Positions 22,221-32,743 of a stretch of DNA of 64,000 bases are shown here, one piece after another. Position numbers and translations under genes: made by a program. The notes below the pieces were generated by a model. It had not been told where the DNA came from. It did no database searches and saw only the letters and a program-made list of their open reading frames with translations. Every line of letters begins with the position of its first letter. Positions within the stretch are counted from its first letter, which is position 1. Source of the DNA: Naegleria gruberi (lineage: Eukaryota); NCBI GenBank assembly GCA_000004985.1, contig GG738857.1; one strand, given 5' to 3'.

Positions 22221-24176
22221 ATGATTACCAAAACAGAAGAGGTGGTAAACGGTATGACTATAATAACTCCAACAAAAATGGAGGAAAAAATGGAACCTCA
22301 AATTCCAAGTGACCCCATAATAGGGGGAAGGTTATCCAAATTTTCAAAGGAGTGGGAAAAGATAACCTCCAACAAAACAATATTAGATTGGGTAAAGAAT
22401 GGTCTAACAATCAACCACAACCCCCAACTAATCCATCCACTTCCACAGAGAGAACCAACGAAAGAGAAAGAGAAAATTTGGTTCCAAGAACACATAGAAC
22501 AACTGAAACAACAAGAAATGATTATAGAAGTTTCCAACAAAGAAGAAGTATTAATTCACCCAATCTACCTCATACCAAAGCGAAATTCAACAGAGCCATT
22601 CAGACCAATTTTAGATATGAGAGGGGCAAACTCTGGAATAGAAACGCTTCACTTCAAACAAGAAACGTTGAAGACAATAATGAAATTGTTAAAAAGAGGT
22701 CAATGGTGTGGAAAAATAGATCTGAAATCTGGTTACAATCACCTAAAAATAGAACGCAATTCACAGCATCTTCTAGCCTTCCAATTCAACAACAAAAGGT
22801 ACAAATACACAACTCTTCCATTTGGGCTAAATATCGCACCAAGAACATTTCACAAGATTATGAAAACAGCAATCACTCAATTAAGAAAAGAAAGTATAGT
22901 CATATTCTTCTATCTGGACGATATTTTAATAATAGGAAATTCCTTTCAAGAATGTCAGAAAAACATAGAAAGAACGAGACAATTATTAGAAAGTCTTGGC
23001 TTTGTAATTCAGATGAAAAAGTCAGTACTGTCTCCTGTTCAAGAAATAGATTTTTTAGGATCAACAATCAACACAAAACTAGGAACACTTTGTCTTCAGA
23101 AAGAAAAAATCAACACAGCCCAAAAGATCCTCAAGAAACTAGAATTGAAACATTTAAGTCAACGAAGAATCAAGATCAGAAAGTTCCAATCAATAATAGG
23201 GAAATTGATGTTCCTAAGTACAATAGACAAGAACTTAAGACCTTTTCTAATTCGACCTCAACATCACATTTCAAATATGGTAACAAAGAAAGGATGGTTA
23301 GGAGAAATGCATATCTTACGAAGCGATTTTCAAGATTTAAAGACAATCTCTGCAATCCTAAAACAATCAAAAGGAACAACGTTCGAACTAGAAACAACAT
23401 TACAAATCCTAACAACGGACTCATCGACGACAGGTTTTGGTGGAGTATCCAAAAACCTAATAATGCATGGCAGATGGAGCCATCAAATTCAAGAATACCA
23501 TATCAATTTAAAAGAATTACTAGCAGTCGAACAAATGATATTGGCAATTCAAAAGAACAAGTCTTTTTCAAAAGGAACACAATTTCACGTACGAACAGAC
23601 AATCAAGTAATCATGACTTACCTCAAGAATGGAGGAGGAAAAGTAGATTACTTAGCAACAGTAGCAAGAAGAATATGGAAAATATGTATCAACAACAATT
23701 GGCTAATCAGAAAAGTAACGTACCTTCCTTCCAAAGAAAATTTCTTTGCAGACAAGCTCTCAAGATTGGGAGAATGGGAAATAATCAATTCAACTTTCAA
23801 TCAACTCCAGCAAAAATTTGGTCCTTTCAGCATAGACCAATTTGCAAGCCAAACAAATTGCAAAGTAAGAAGGTTCGGTCAAAGAAACTTCTATCAGGAT
23901 GCTTTTTTGAACAATTGGGAACAGGAGAACAATTATTTGGTTCCTCCCTTAGGCTTAATCCTCCCAACAGTAACACACTTACTAAAAAGCAAAGCAAAGG
24001 CTCTTCTAATCGTTCCAAAATGGGAAAGCGCAGTTTGGTGGCCAGTTCTAATGAAGATAACACAAGAAACATTATTCTTAACGAAAGAGGACATGATCTT
24101 CAATCAAGACATGGAACTATCCAGAAACTCAGAATGGAACTTTGTAGCACTAAAGGTTCAAGCAACCACCTACTAA
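22221..24176 (+). CDS. Element ORF2, reverse transcriptase plus RNase H
   Basis: RT motifs ...LPFGLNIAPRTFHKIM... and YLDDILIIG. An RNase H-like C-terminal part follows. 651 aa. Confidence 0.75.
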   Translation: MITKTEEVVNGMTIITPTKMEEKMEPQIPSDPIIGGRLSKFSKEWEKITSNKTILDWVKNGLTINHNPQLIHPLPQREPTKEKEKIWFQEHIEQLKQQEMIIEVSNKEEVLIHPIYLIPKRNSTEPFRPILDMRGANSGIETLHFKQETLKTIMKLLKRGQWCGKIDLKSGYNHLKIERNSQHLLAFQFNNKRYKYTTLPFGLNIAPRTFHKIMKTAITQLRKESIVIFFYLDDILIIGNSFQECQKNIERTRQLLESLGFVIQMKKSVLSPVQEIDFLGSTINTKLGTLCLQKEKINTAQKILKKLELKHLSQRRIKIRKFQSIIGKLMFLSTIDKNLRPFLIRPQHHISNMVTKKGWLGEMHILRSDFQDLKTISAILKQSKGTTFELETTLQILTTDSSTTGFGGVSKNLIMHGRWSHQIQEYHINLKELLAVEQMILAIQKNKSFSKGTQFHVRTDNQVIMTYLKNGGGKVDYLATVARRIWKICINNNWLIRKVTYLPSKENFFADKLSRLGEWEIINSTFNQLQQKFGPFSIDQFASQTNCKVRRFGQRNFYQDAFLNNWEQENNYLVPPLGLILPTVTHLLKSKAKALLIVPKWESAVWWPVLMKITQETLFLTKEDMIFNQDMELSRNSEWNFVALKVQATTY

Positions 24177-25099
24177 CATTATTCAAAGCAAGAGATGTTA
24201 TCCTCAAATACAAGTTAGCTGATTCGACAATCAGAACATACAGAAACCACGTTAACAAATTTAAAGATTTTTGTTTCTGGTATAACATTGAAAGATGTTG
24301 GAATCTGAATTCCATTTCCCTTTATCTCACAAACATGTTATTGAAAGGCTCAGGTGGGTCAGTGAAACAAGCATGTGCCGCCCTTCAACATGAAACCAAA
24401 TGTTTGGGCATTGTGGTTGATTGGAAAAATTCAATAATTTCCGATATCAGATCATCTACAACAAAGATATGGTCTCTCTTTGATAGAGAAAAACTAATTA
24501 GAGAACCATTTGATTTAGCTAACCTAAAATATTGGTTAGAAAACCCACCAAACATTGACCCTTGGTCATTCAAACTCTATGCTGCAGTAATTGCTGTTGG
24601 TGTTCGTGCATTAATGAGACCTGGAGAGTTAGCGGATTTGTCATTCGGTGATGTGTCTTACAATAAGGATGGTCATTTAGTTTTCACTTTAGGACAAACA
24701 AAAACAGATCAACAAGGAAAAGGTGAAAAAATTACTATTGAACCTTCCTATTCCGAAATATGTCCTGTCAAAATATTCCAAACCTATTATGATCACTGTA
24801 AGCAATTTAAATCTCCTAAGTGCCCATTATTTAGCAACCCTAGATCCAACACATTCTTTAGAACTGCAGATATTTCTAATATAGTGAAATATGTATCACA
24901 ACATAATCCAAACAACACTTCAATTGTCTCTGGACATTCACTTAGAAAAAGAGGTGCTACACATCTTGCAAAATCTGGTTACACATCTTCTCAACTAAAA
25001 GTTGCTGGACGATGGAGATCTGATTGTTACTTAACATACATATCAGAAGAAATCTTACCTTCCTTAGGTACTTCAAATACTTTATTCTCGGGACAATAA
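24134..25099 (+). CDS. Element ORF3, tyrosine recombinase (phage-integrase-like). It overlaps the end of ORF2 in another frame.
   Basis: Catalytic-residue pattern R (ALMRPGELADL), H-x-x-R (GHSLRKRGATHLA) and the nucleophile Tyr region (WRSDCYLTYI). The upstream part of track ORF 22352-25099 is an overlapping-frame artefact. Confidence 0.6.
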   Translation: MELCSTKGSSNHLLTLFKARDVILKYKLADSTIRTYRNHVNKFKDFCFWYNIERCWNLNSISLYLTNMLLKGSGGSVKQACAALQHETKCLGIVVDWKNSIISDIRSSTTKIWSLFDREKLIREPFDLANLKYWLENPPNIDPWSFKLYAAVIAVGVRALMRPGELADLSFGDVSYNKDGHLVFTLGQTKTDQQGKGEKITIEPSYSEICPVKIFQTYYDHCKQFKSPKCPLFSNPRSNTFFRTADISNIVKYVSQHNPNNTSIVSGHSLRKRGATHLAKSGYTSSQLKVAGRWRSDCYLTYISEEILPSLGTSNTLFSGQ

Positions 25100-25141
25100 C
25101 CCAATTAGTATTTAAAATAATTTATTATTTGTAGAAATCTT
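25098..25141 (+). repeat. Element repeat B1 (44 bp), identical to B2
   Basis: aacccaattagtatttaaaataatttattatttgtagaaatctt occurs at both places. Confidence 0.8.
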
Positions 25142-25374
25142 TAGATTGTTCTATTGGAAATAGAACAGAAGAGATTTGGGAATTATTTGATTGGTTAAAT
25201 GATTAATTTCTATTGGTTGAACATGTTGTAAATATTGTGATGGAGCAATTCAATTTAGTATAAATTGAACGTTGACAACACTCAATAACACTCAAGAGCT
25301 CCAAAGAAAATGTCTCAACAACAACAATCACAACAAAATCAACAAACTCTACAATCCTACCAACCAACCAACAG
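25142..25374 (+). repeat. Element repeat A2
   Basis: Direct copy of A1, including the ORF1 start ATGTCTCAACAACAACAATCACAACAAAATCAACAA. Confidence 0.8.
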
Positions 25375-25832
25375 CCCACCCATTTAACCAATTCCTTAAC
25401 GGAATTAGTTAAATTCCCACCCTTTATACATATTATTGTAAGCAGTAACAAATAAGCACATTTGTTCACTTACCTCAGTAAGCTAGAGTTAGCAGACTTC
25501 TCTACAACTGAGTACACATCATTCTTAATTATAAATAGAATGAGTGAGTTCTCTGGAACAATTGGCCATAACGGTTGAATTTCAACTTCTAGGTCAAATT
25601 TATTAGAAAACTGCATTGTAATTTTAGATTCTCCAAAAAGTCTGTACAAGAAGGGACAAGAGAAAAGATCTTTAGCACTAAAGAGACAGACCTTTGAAAT
25701 GTGTATCTTCAAAGTAATACTTGTGCTTTAGTTTATTAAATCTCGATTTCTCGGGACCAAAGCTAAAATCTATCTCAAATTCCACTTTACTTGTAAAGCA
25801 AAATTTTGTGAGACATCTTATAGGAGTAATAA

Positions 25833-25876
25833 AACCCAATTAGTATTTAAAATAATTTATTATTTGTAGAAATCTT
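25833..25876 (+). repeat. Element repeat B2, the 3' terminus of the element
   Basis: Identical to B1. Unique flanking sequence resumes at 25877. Confidence 0.8.
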
Positions 25877-25881
25877 AATAA

Positions 25882-26895
25882 ATGTTTAAAAGAAATTACA
25901 AAAAAATGCAAGAAATCAACGAGCACCCATTCGACGATTTGATCATTAGTAAAATATTAGAATATCTATCCTCATCCACATTAGAAATCATCAATTTAGG
26001 ACAAGTTTGCAAATCATTCCGAAGAATTTGTCTTCATCCTTCCACAAAATTATCATTTTCCAATTATTTATCCAAAAATCGTGATGAAAATTGTGATGAA
26101 TACAATGATCATGATACAGTGAAGGAATATTTACCATTTAATTGGGAAGCATGTTTCGATTTTTTACAATATTTCACAACGATTGATTTGGGATGTCAAT
26201 TTGGGATGCCAGATGCAATGGATTATATTGTTAATGTGGCACTTGCATCGACGAAAATTGAAGAATTATATTTGAAAAATTGTGAAATTTATGCATTGAC
26301 TAATGTAAATTGTAAAATATCGAGATTGGAATGTTGTCAAGTTGTCGTTCCATTACAATTTGAAAGTATTATTCAATATTTTCCTTATTTGAAACATTTA
26401 AAAGTTGAAGATTGTCATGTCCAGTTGGAATGTTCACCAAAATTGCAAATGATATGCGAATGCTTGGAAAGTTTAGTTGCAATTGATTCGTTGAAAGATT
26501 TATTTACAATTAATATTCAATTTGGTCAATTAACAGAATTGACATTTATTTCAACGTTTGAACAGGAAATGTATTTTGAGAAAATTGATTATTGTATGAA
26601 TTATGAAAATTTTCCAAAATTGAAAAAGTTAACTTTGAAAGTTCCATCGAAATGCATTCAATTAGATTTACCAATTTTGGAAGAATTAGTATTGGAAGCA
26701 GAAATAGATTATTATGATTTTCGATCAATGCACACAATGCTTAAATTAGAAAATTTAAAAAAATTGGAAACTACTTCTTTCGATGTATGCAAAGCCAATT
26801 TAATTGCTCCAAATTTGGAAACTTTGATCATTAGAGACGAATTTAACATTGTAAAATCGTGGAATATTAATCCGATTCCCCAAATCGATAAATAA
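25882..26895 (+). CDS. F-box-like / LRR-like protein
   Basis: The N-terminus HPFDDLIISKILEYLSSSTLEIINLGQVCKSFRRICLHP is F-box-like. The C-terminus has repetitive Leu-rich segments. 337 aa. Confidence 0.55.
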   Translation: MFKRNYKKMQEINEHPFDDLIISKILEYLSSSTLEIINLGQVCKSFRRICLHPSTKLSFSNYLSKNRDENCDEYNDHDTVKEYLPFNWEACFDFLQYFTTIDLGCQFGMPDAMDYIVNVALASTKIEELYLKNCEIYALTNVNCKISRLECCQVVVPLQFESIIQYFPYLKHLKVEDCHVQLECSPKLQMICECLESLVAIDSLKDLFTINIQFGQLTELTFISTFEQEMYFEKIDYCMNYENFPKLKKLTLKVPSKCIQLDLPILEELVLEAEIDYYDFRSMHTMLKLENLKKLETTSFDVCKANLIAPNLETLIIRDEFNIVKSWNINPIPQIDK

Positions 26896-27181
26896 TTTTA
26901 TTGTAGTTTCTTTCCCTGGGGAACCCCTTTAATTTCTTAGAGTTCAACTATTACTAGAGCTAAACCTAATATCATACCAATGATTGATCTATTCGATTGT
27001 GTGTTTAATTGTTACATGTAAACTTGATCACTTTCCACTTTCTTTCCATTACAACATGCATTTTAGAAGAATATTTGATTTATCAATTTTCAATGAAACA
27101 TTGAGTTTTACGAGGTTTCACACATTCTGAGAAATAAATAGAGTGCCTCTTCCTAATTGGGAATGAGACAAGAGAAAAAAA

Positions 27182-30100
27182 ATGCAACAATTTGTAAAGC
27201 GAGCAAAGAGTAGGGAGAATGGAAGGGATGGCCAACTGTAAGTGTTTTGGTGTGTTTAGAATAATAATTATTGATGTTTCGAATAGTGGTCAAAGAGGTG
27301 AAAATGGTCATGTAAGTTAAAACTAAAGATATTCATCATACATTATTGATGTGCATAGACTGGAAGACACGGTGCTCACGGATATGGTCATGGAGGGAAT
27401 GGCTATCACGGAGAAAGGTAAATTAAACTAATATTTAACTAAAATATCTTCAAAAAGAGGAGGCAATGGATTTAACGCAACCAATGCTTGGCATGGTGAG
27501 AATGGTGAAGATGCAAAACACGGCAAAGATATTCACATTCTATTGGAAGGTGATGTCATGTCAACTGTTGTTGTGAGTGGTGACTTTAGTTATGGAGGAG
27601 GTGTTTGTGAGATGGTTTGTGTATCAGAGGGAGGAAAGTAAGTTTAGCTTTAAATGCACATGTATTGAAATTAATATTCGAAAGTGGTGGAAATGGTGGA
27701 AAGTAAGTTTGGTTTTGTGAATAATGTTATTAATTTACAAAAAAAATAGTGGTGGAAAGGGAGGCGAGTAAGTAGAAGAATTCCTATAGTTCTGTATTCT
27801 AATTTCGAATAGTGGTGGAGCTGGTGGTCAGTAAGTTTTACTTTAATTTCTATTCGAAATGAACATTTGAAAAAGAGGTGGAATAGGAGGTGCTGGTTCA
27901 CAAGGTAAAAGAGGTGCACCAGGTCAAAATGGAGAAAGGTAAGCAATTATTCTTAACATTAGATTCTAATATTAATATTCGAAATGTAGAGGTGGAAATG
28001 GTGGCAAGTAAGTTTTACATTTTGCAATTATACGAATCAATTCAGTGGTGGAGAGTAAGTTTTTCAAAATTTCATTAAAATTCACTTTTCAAGTGGTGGA
28101 GAGTAAGTAAGAAAGTCTTTTTTAAACTTTATTCGAAACTAATTAGTGGTGGCCATGGAGGAAAGTAAGTTGTTCCTTAATTTTGTAAACAATTTTTACA
28201 CAAACAAGTGGAGGAAATGGTGGCAGGTAAGTTGAAAAAAGGAAATTTCATATTCAAATAACCTTTCGAATAGAGGAGGAAATGGTGGAAATGGAGGATC
28301 AGTCTATATTGACACCACCAATCCATATTTATTGAATTATATTGAAGGAACGAGTATTTCAGGAAGAGGAGGATCTGGTGGTAGAGGTGGAAATGGAGGA
28401 ATTGGTGGCAGTGGTGGAAGGTAAGTGAACTTTCGAATATGTTGAAATTGCAACCTGTTTAAAAGTCCTGGAGAGGGTGGACATGCTGGAAAGGGAGGTG
28501 ATCCAGGTGATCCAATCACCATTACTAGAACTCTTCCAGATAATAGAGTTCACACAGAAATTAAGAGATTTCATCATGGACCAGATGGATCAAAAGGTTA
28601 CAGAGGAAAACAAGGAAAATCTGGAACTAATGGTCAATCAGGACAATCAGGACAACAAGGAACTGATGGAGTTTGTGGAGCTGTCATGTACAGAGTTCTT
28701 GATCCATTCACTAAAATGGTCATTGAACAATCAGCTAAAAAGTACAAACTCAAAGTTATTGATTTTTCATTTGTTCCATTAATTGATGATGGAATTTTGG
28801 AACCAGGAGAACAAGCCAAGATTACAAATTTTGTAATTAAGAATGAAGGTGGATTGACTGCTCCTGCAGGTGCTGAGGTTTCATTGACTGGTGATGGATT
28901 TACTGTTTGTAATATTCCAAAATTCATTCTTCCACAACCAATCGTGCCAGGTCAAGTAATTACTATCACTGATCAGGAATTTCTTGTCCGAGTTGAAGAA
29001 AGAATGAATAAGGAACCAAGAAATTTTGGATCTTTTGCTGCCAATGTCAGATTGAATACTCCAACTAAATATTATGATAAGAAACATGCTAAGGGATGTG
29101 AGAAGAATTTCACAGCAAGACTTCCATTGGCAATTGAATATGCCAACTGTACAAAGGCAATGGATAAACTTCAAAGAGGAATAATGAAGGTTGGTGTGAA
29201 GAATTTGGCAACATTACCTTATGGATCTATGAGTCAATCGATGGTTTGTCAAGTTGGATTGAAAATTGATTTTGATCCAAGAATGGTTGTTTTCCCAGAG
29301 TTGATTCCTAATGCAACAATGGTTGAACCAACCAGTCTCTATATTGAAATTCCAAATTTAATGGCTCTTTCATGTTTGGAACATAATATTGAGTTTGCAT
29401 TCACTGATAGAGTTAATTATTTCGACACCTTGTACTATTCCATTTCTCTTATTTATAAGGGAGAACAAATTGAAAAGCATCTGATGGATGTGAGAATGGC
29501 TCCTTCCTATATGCCTTCACCTCAAGGAGAAAATACATACGATGTCATTTTCTTTACTAATTCTCATATTAATAATGTGGAATTTATGAATTATATGAGA
29601 ATATTTGATGGATTAGCATTGAGAGTTAATTTCTGGGATATTCAAATTAATCAAGGATTGAGTTTCTTCAATAATGATGGAAGAACCAGACATCCAATTA
29701 CTTGGACCAATGATAATCAAGGAAAGGTAATTGTTTATCCAATGGCAAATGATATGGAATATCAACTCATGTTCTCCCATGATATTGTCAATATTGTAAA
29801 GCCAAATCCAGAAAACAAATTATTAGAAGGTGGAATAATTCTAGTTGGTAATGTAACCAATCAACAATTTATTGCCCATTTGAGAACTGCTTCAACAGAA
29901 GTCAAAATTCCAGACGATTCCATCTCTGACAGCTATGTCATTTCAAAGCCAGTTCGTGATCATTTAACTCAAAAATCCAATGAATACATTAAGAAGGTTG
30001 CAGTTACCAAACCAGCTCAGAATTTAGTACTTGGCAGAACTGTTTTCAATCCAAAGAAAATTGGTTCATTCAAAACGCTTTTAGGAGAAGCTTATTATTT

Positions 30101-30833
30101 GGAATTTGGTTTGTTGGCCAATGCCAATTGTTATGCCATCAATTCCAACTCTGCAAACTTCCTCTCACAACAAAGATCAGCCACTCTGTCCACACTCTCC
30201 GGTGTAGGTCAAATGACCATGTCAATCTTGTTGGCTCTTCCACTTCCAAAATTGTTGTACATTTTGAGAAATCCAACAGAATGGCTCAAGACAACAAGAT
30301 TTTACAATGAGTACAAATCTACTGAACAAGGATATTACGAATTGATTGCCTGTGCCTTGTATTGTAAGATTTATCATTCCATTATTTTGAATAGCAAATT
30401 GGAAGAGAATTTGAATTATATTTTACAAGAGTTTGAAAAGCAAACCTCCAATTATGAGAAGAATCCTGAAAAGATTGCCATTTGTGAAGCTCTCTTGTTG
30501 GCTTTCCATCATTTGGGTTCTCAAATCAAGTGGAAAGTTTCACTTTTTAAGAGCTTACCACAAAAAGATTCGTTTGACAAGTTTATGGAATCATTTTCAC
30601 AAGTTTTATCAAAGATTATTGGAGATCCTAATCATGTTAAGAATTTAAAGAAGAATCTTCCAACTATGATTAAGGATTTGGGAAGAGAAAATTATCTTCA
30701 CATTTTGGCAAGTATTCACAGACTTGTCTATGATCAATATCATAAGGCCATTGAGGATGAAATAAGATTGAAGGAAAAGACAGGTCTATTCGCATCAGTT
30801 TCGACTGATTCTCCTGTTAATTATTTAGATTAG
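27182..30833 (+). CDS. Collagen-like / Gly-rich repeat protein with a 780-aa C-terminal domain of unknown family. 15 exons: 27182-27237, 27287-27311, 27359-27417, 27458-27637, 27685-27702, 27750-27767, 27813-27830, 27876-27938, 27990-28007, 28046-28054, 28094-28102, 28147-28164, 28209-28226, 28274-28420, 28466-30833.
   Basis: Each exon ends at a GTAAGT, GTAAAT or GTAAGC donor and starts after a TAG, AAG or CAG acceptor. The phases are consistent throughout and run into ORF 28686-30833. Exons encode G-X-Y-like and GGNGG units (GQRGENGH, GAPGQNGE, GKSGTNGQSGQSGQQGTDG). Confidence 0.65.
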
Positions 30834-30886
30834 TTTTATAAATTCCCATTCCAATTTTATAGACGAAAGAATTTCATTGCATTATT

Positions 30887-31696
30887 TTACTTTCTCTTAT
30901 AAAGAATCATAAAGTTCTTTCTCAATTTAGCTTGTTCAACCTGTTTCTTAAACTCAACTCTTCTCTTTCTCCAATCAAATTCGTATTTGAGATTCTCTGA
31001 TTGCATATTGAGCTTGGCAGTTTCCAATTGAAGTAAATCTCTCTCGGAAAGAATGTACTTTAACTTGATGTTTCCACAAACTCTATCATGATATTTCATA
31101 TACTTGTTTTTAAAGTGTTTGTGGCATTTTGGACATTCTTCCAAACAATCGGCAGTTTTCTTCTTGTTTACACTCTTCTTTAGGAAGATTTTCTTTGGAA
31201 TGCACTCAGTTGAGTGAGATTTCTTGCAGGTTACTTGTTCTTCTCCTTTAGAATAGGCCTTCTTCAATTGCTCCTTGTAAAAGTTTCTTGATTCATAGTA
31301 CATTTCTTCCAATTGAGCAACTCTTCCTTTCATCATCATTAGTTCACTTTCTAATTGTTTCTTCTCCCTTAATAAAGCTTGAATAAACTCCATTTGCTTC
31401 ATTTCAGAGCTTTCACATTTTGTAACTGTTGGTTCTTGAATTTGAGGAACTTTTTCAACATTTTCATTAATTTCATTCTTGAAAATCTTTTTTTCTCTTT
31501 TCTTTTCGGAAGCTTTCAATGCCAAATCAACACGAATTGACTTTCTCTTCAAATAGGGTTGTTTCTTAACCCAAACCTTCTTTTGGATGACAACATTATC
31601 AAAATCATGACAATTTTCTTCATTAAAATGTTGACAATTGACTTGTTCTGGTTGACAAACTTCCAATTCTCCTTCCGTTGATTCAATAAAAGTCAT
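30887..31696 (-). CDS. Coiled-coil protein with a C-terminal C2HC-type zinc finger
   Basis: 269-aa ORF. Heptad-rich central region; CPKCHKHFKNKYMKYHDRVC fits the CxxC...H...C pattern. Confidence 0.55.
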   Translation of the reverse strand: MTFIESTEGELEVCQPEQVNCQHFNEENCHDFDNVVIQKKVWVKKQPYLKRKSIRVDLALKASEKKREKKIFKNEINENVEKVPQIQEPTVTKCESSEMKQMEFIQALLREKKQLESELMMMKGRVAQLEEMYYESRNFYKEQLKKAYSKGEEQVTCKKSHSTECIPKKIFLKKSVNKKKTADCLEECPKCHKHFKNKYMKYHDRVCGNIKLKYILSERDLLQLETAKLNMQSENLKYEFDWRKRRVEFKKQVEQAKLRKNFMILYKRK

Positions 31697-32743
31697 TTTT
31701 CAAATATTATACAATTTTTCACGTTAATTTCCTGCTCGTTAGTTGTTGCAGATTGGCGGCAATTGTTTTTTTTGTTTTTTTCATCTCCTTAACAAAATAC
31801 TGCCTTAAATTGCTGCTCAGCAAGTGAAATGAGAACTCAGTAAATATCTCAGCAATGAATTGTTGTTGATGTTACTTGGCGCGCTTAATATTAAATTTGG
31901 TATTTGTTTTACTAAGAACAAAGGAAGTTGGAACTCTGGAGATGTACAGCGTAATACTGTTGTGTTGATATTATTTCGAGGAGAAAATTAAGGATTCAAA
32001 ATTTCAGCTTTATTGAGAGAATAAATGAATGTGTAGAAAATGTTATACAACATGGGTTTGTAAAAATGATTTTAGTTTTTGAAAGAAGATTAGGATAAGT
32101 GACAAAATGAAATATTTAAGATTGGATTCTTTTGACCATATGTAACATTTCCAAAAACAAAGTTTGAAGACTTGCCAAATGATATTGTTATGGATGCATT
32201 GGTGGTTTCAGAAATGGAAATGTTTCGAATAATAGAAAATGAAATGGAAAATATAGCAAAATTCTAATGATTTCTCTTGTACTTGCTTATTATCAGAAAG
32301 CTTTCATCGTGTAGGGATTTTGCCCAACAGATATTGCTGTTACTTGATAGCGTTGGATATTTTTATTCGAAATCTTTCCCTCGGTTAACATCGAAAACCT
32401 AATAGTTTCGACAACGCTATTTTCAAACCCCTCAATACATTAGAGCATGAATATCCTCTTATTTTCTTGTATCTAAGGTTCAACATCAGGTAAACAAGTT
32501 TCGAATAAGTTTTGAAAAGTGCGAAGGGGAAATGCCAGTATACTTTTATAGTAAGAGTCTAATAATTTGGGTTGTGCCTGTTTATGATTGTATTTCGACA
32601 AAGTTGTAAATTTACCGTAACTTTCCTTTTTTGCTAAAGTTGGCTTTGTAGTTTGTACGAAACTAATGATGTTGTTGGGTATTGAACATCACTTGTTACA
32701 TTTTCACAACACAAAAAATTAAAAACAAAGAACCTCTGCTAAC

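Larger units (their letters stand above)
21218..25876 (+). mobile_element. Full-length DIRS-order (Ngaro/PAT-like) tyrosine-recombinase retrotransposon with split direct repeats A1-ORFs-B1-A2-B2
   Basis: Three ORFs: gag-like, RT/RNase H (YLDDILIIG), and a tyrosine recombinase (RPGEL...HSLRKRGATH...DCYLTYI). A1 at 21218-21458 is near-identical to A2 at 25142-25374. B1 at 25098-25141 is identical to B2 at 25833-25876. Confidence 0.75.

Noticed and set aside
22352-24130. A 915-aa ORF (track 22352-25099) overlapping the RT ORF in another frame
   Set aside because: Only its 3' third (from about 24134) is a real tyrosine-recombinase ORF. The upstream part is an A-rich alternative frame that stays open by chance (K/N/R/S-rich and low complexity), as is typical of the overlapping ORF arrangement in DIRS elements.
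28337-28927. Pro-rich small ORFs on the minus strand inside the collagen-like gene
   Set aside because: They are antisense to the GGN/GGA-rich coding exons. A Pro/Ser-rich translation is the expected mirror artefact.
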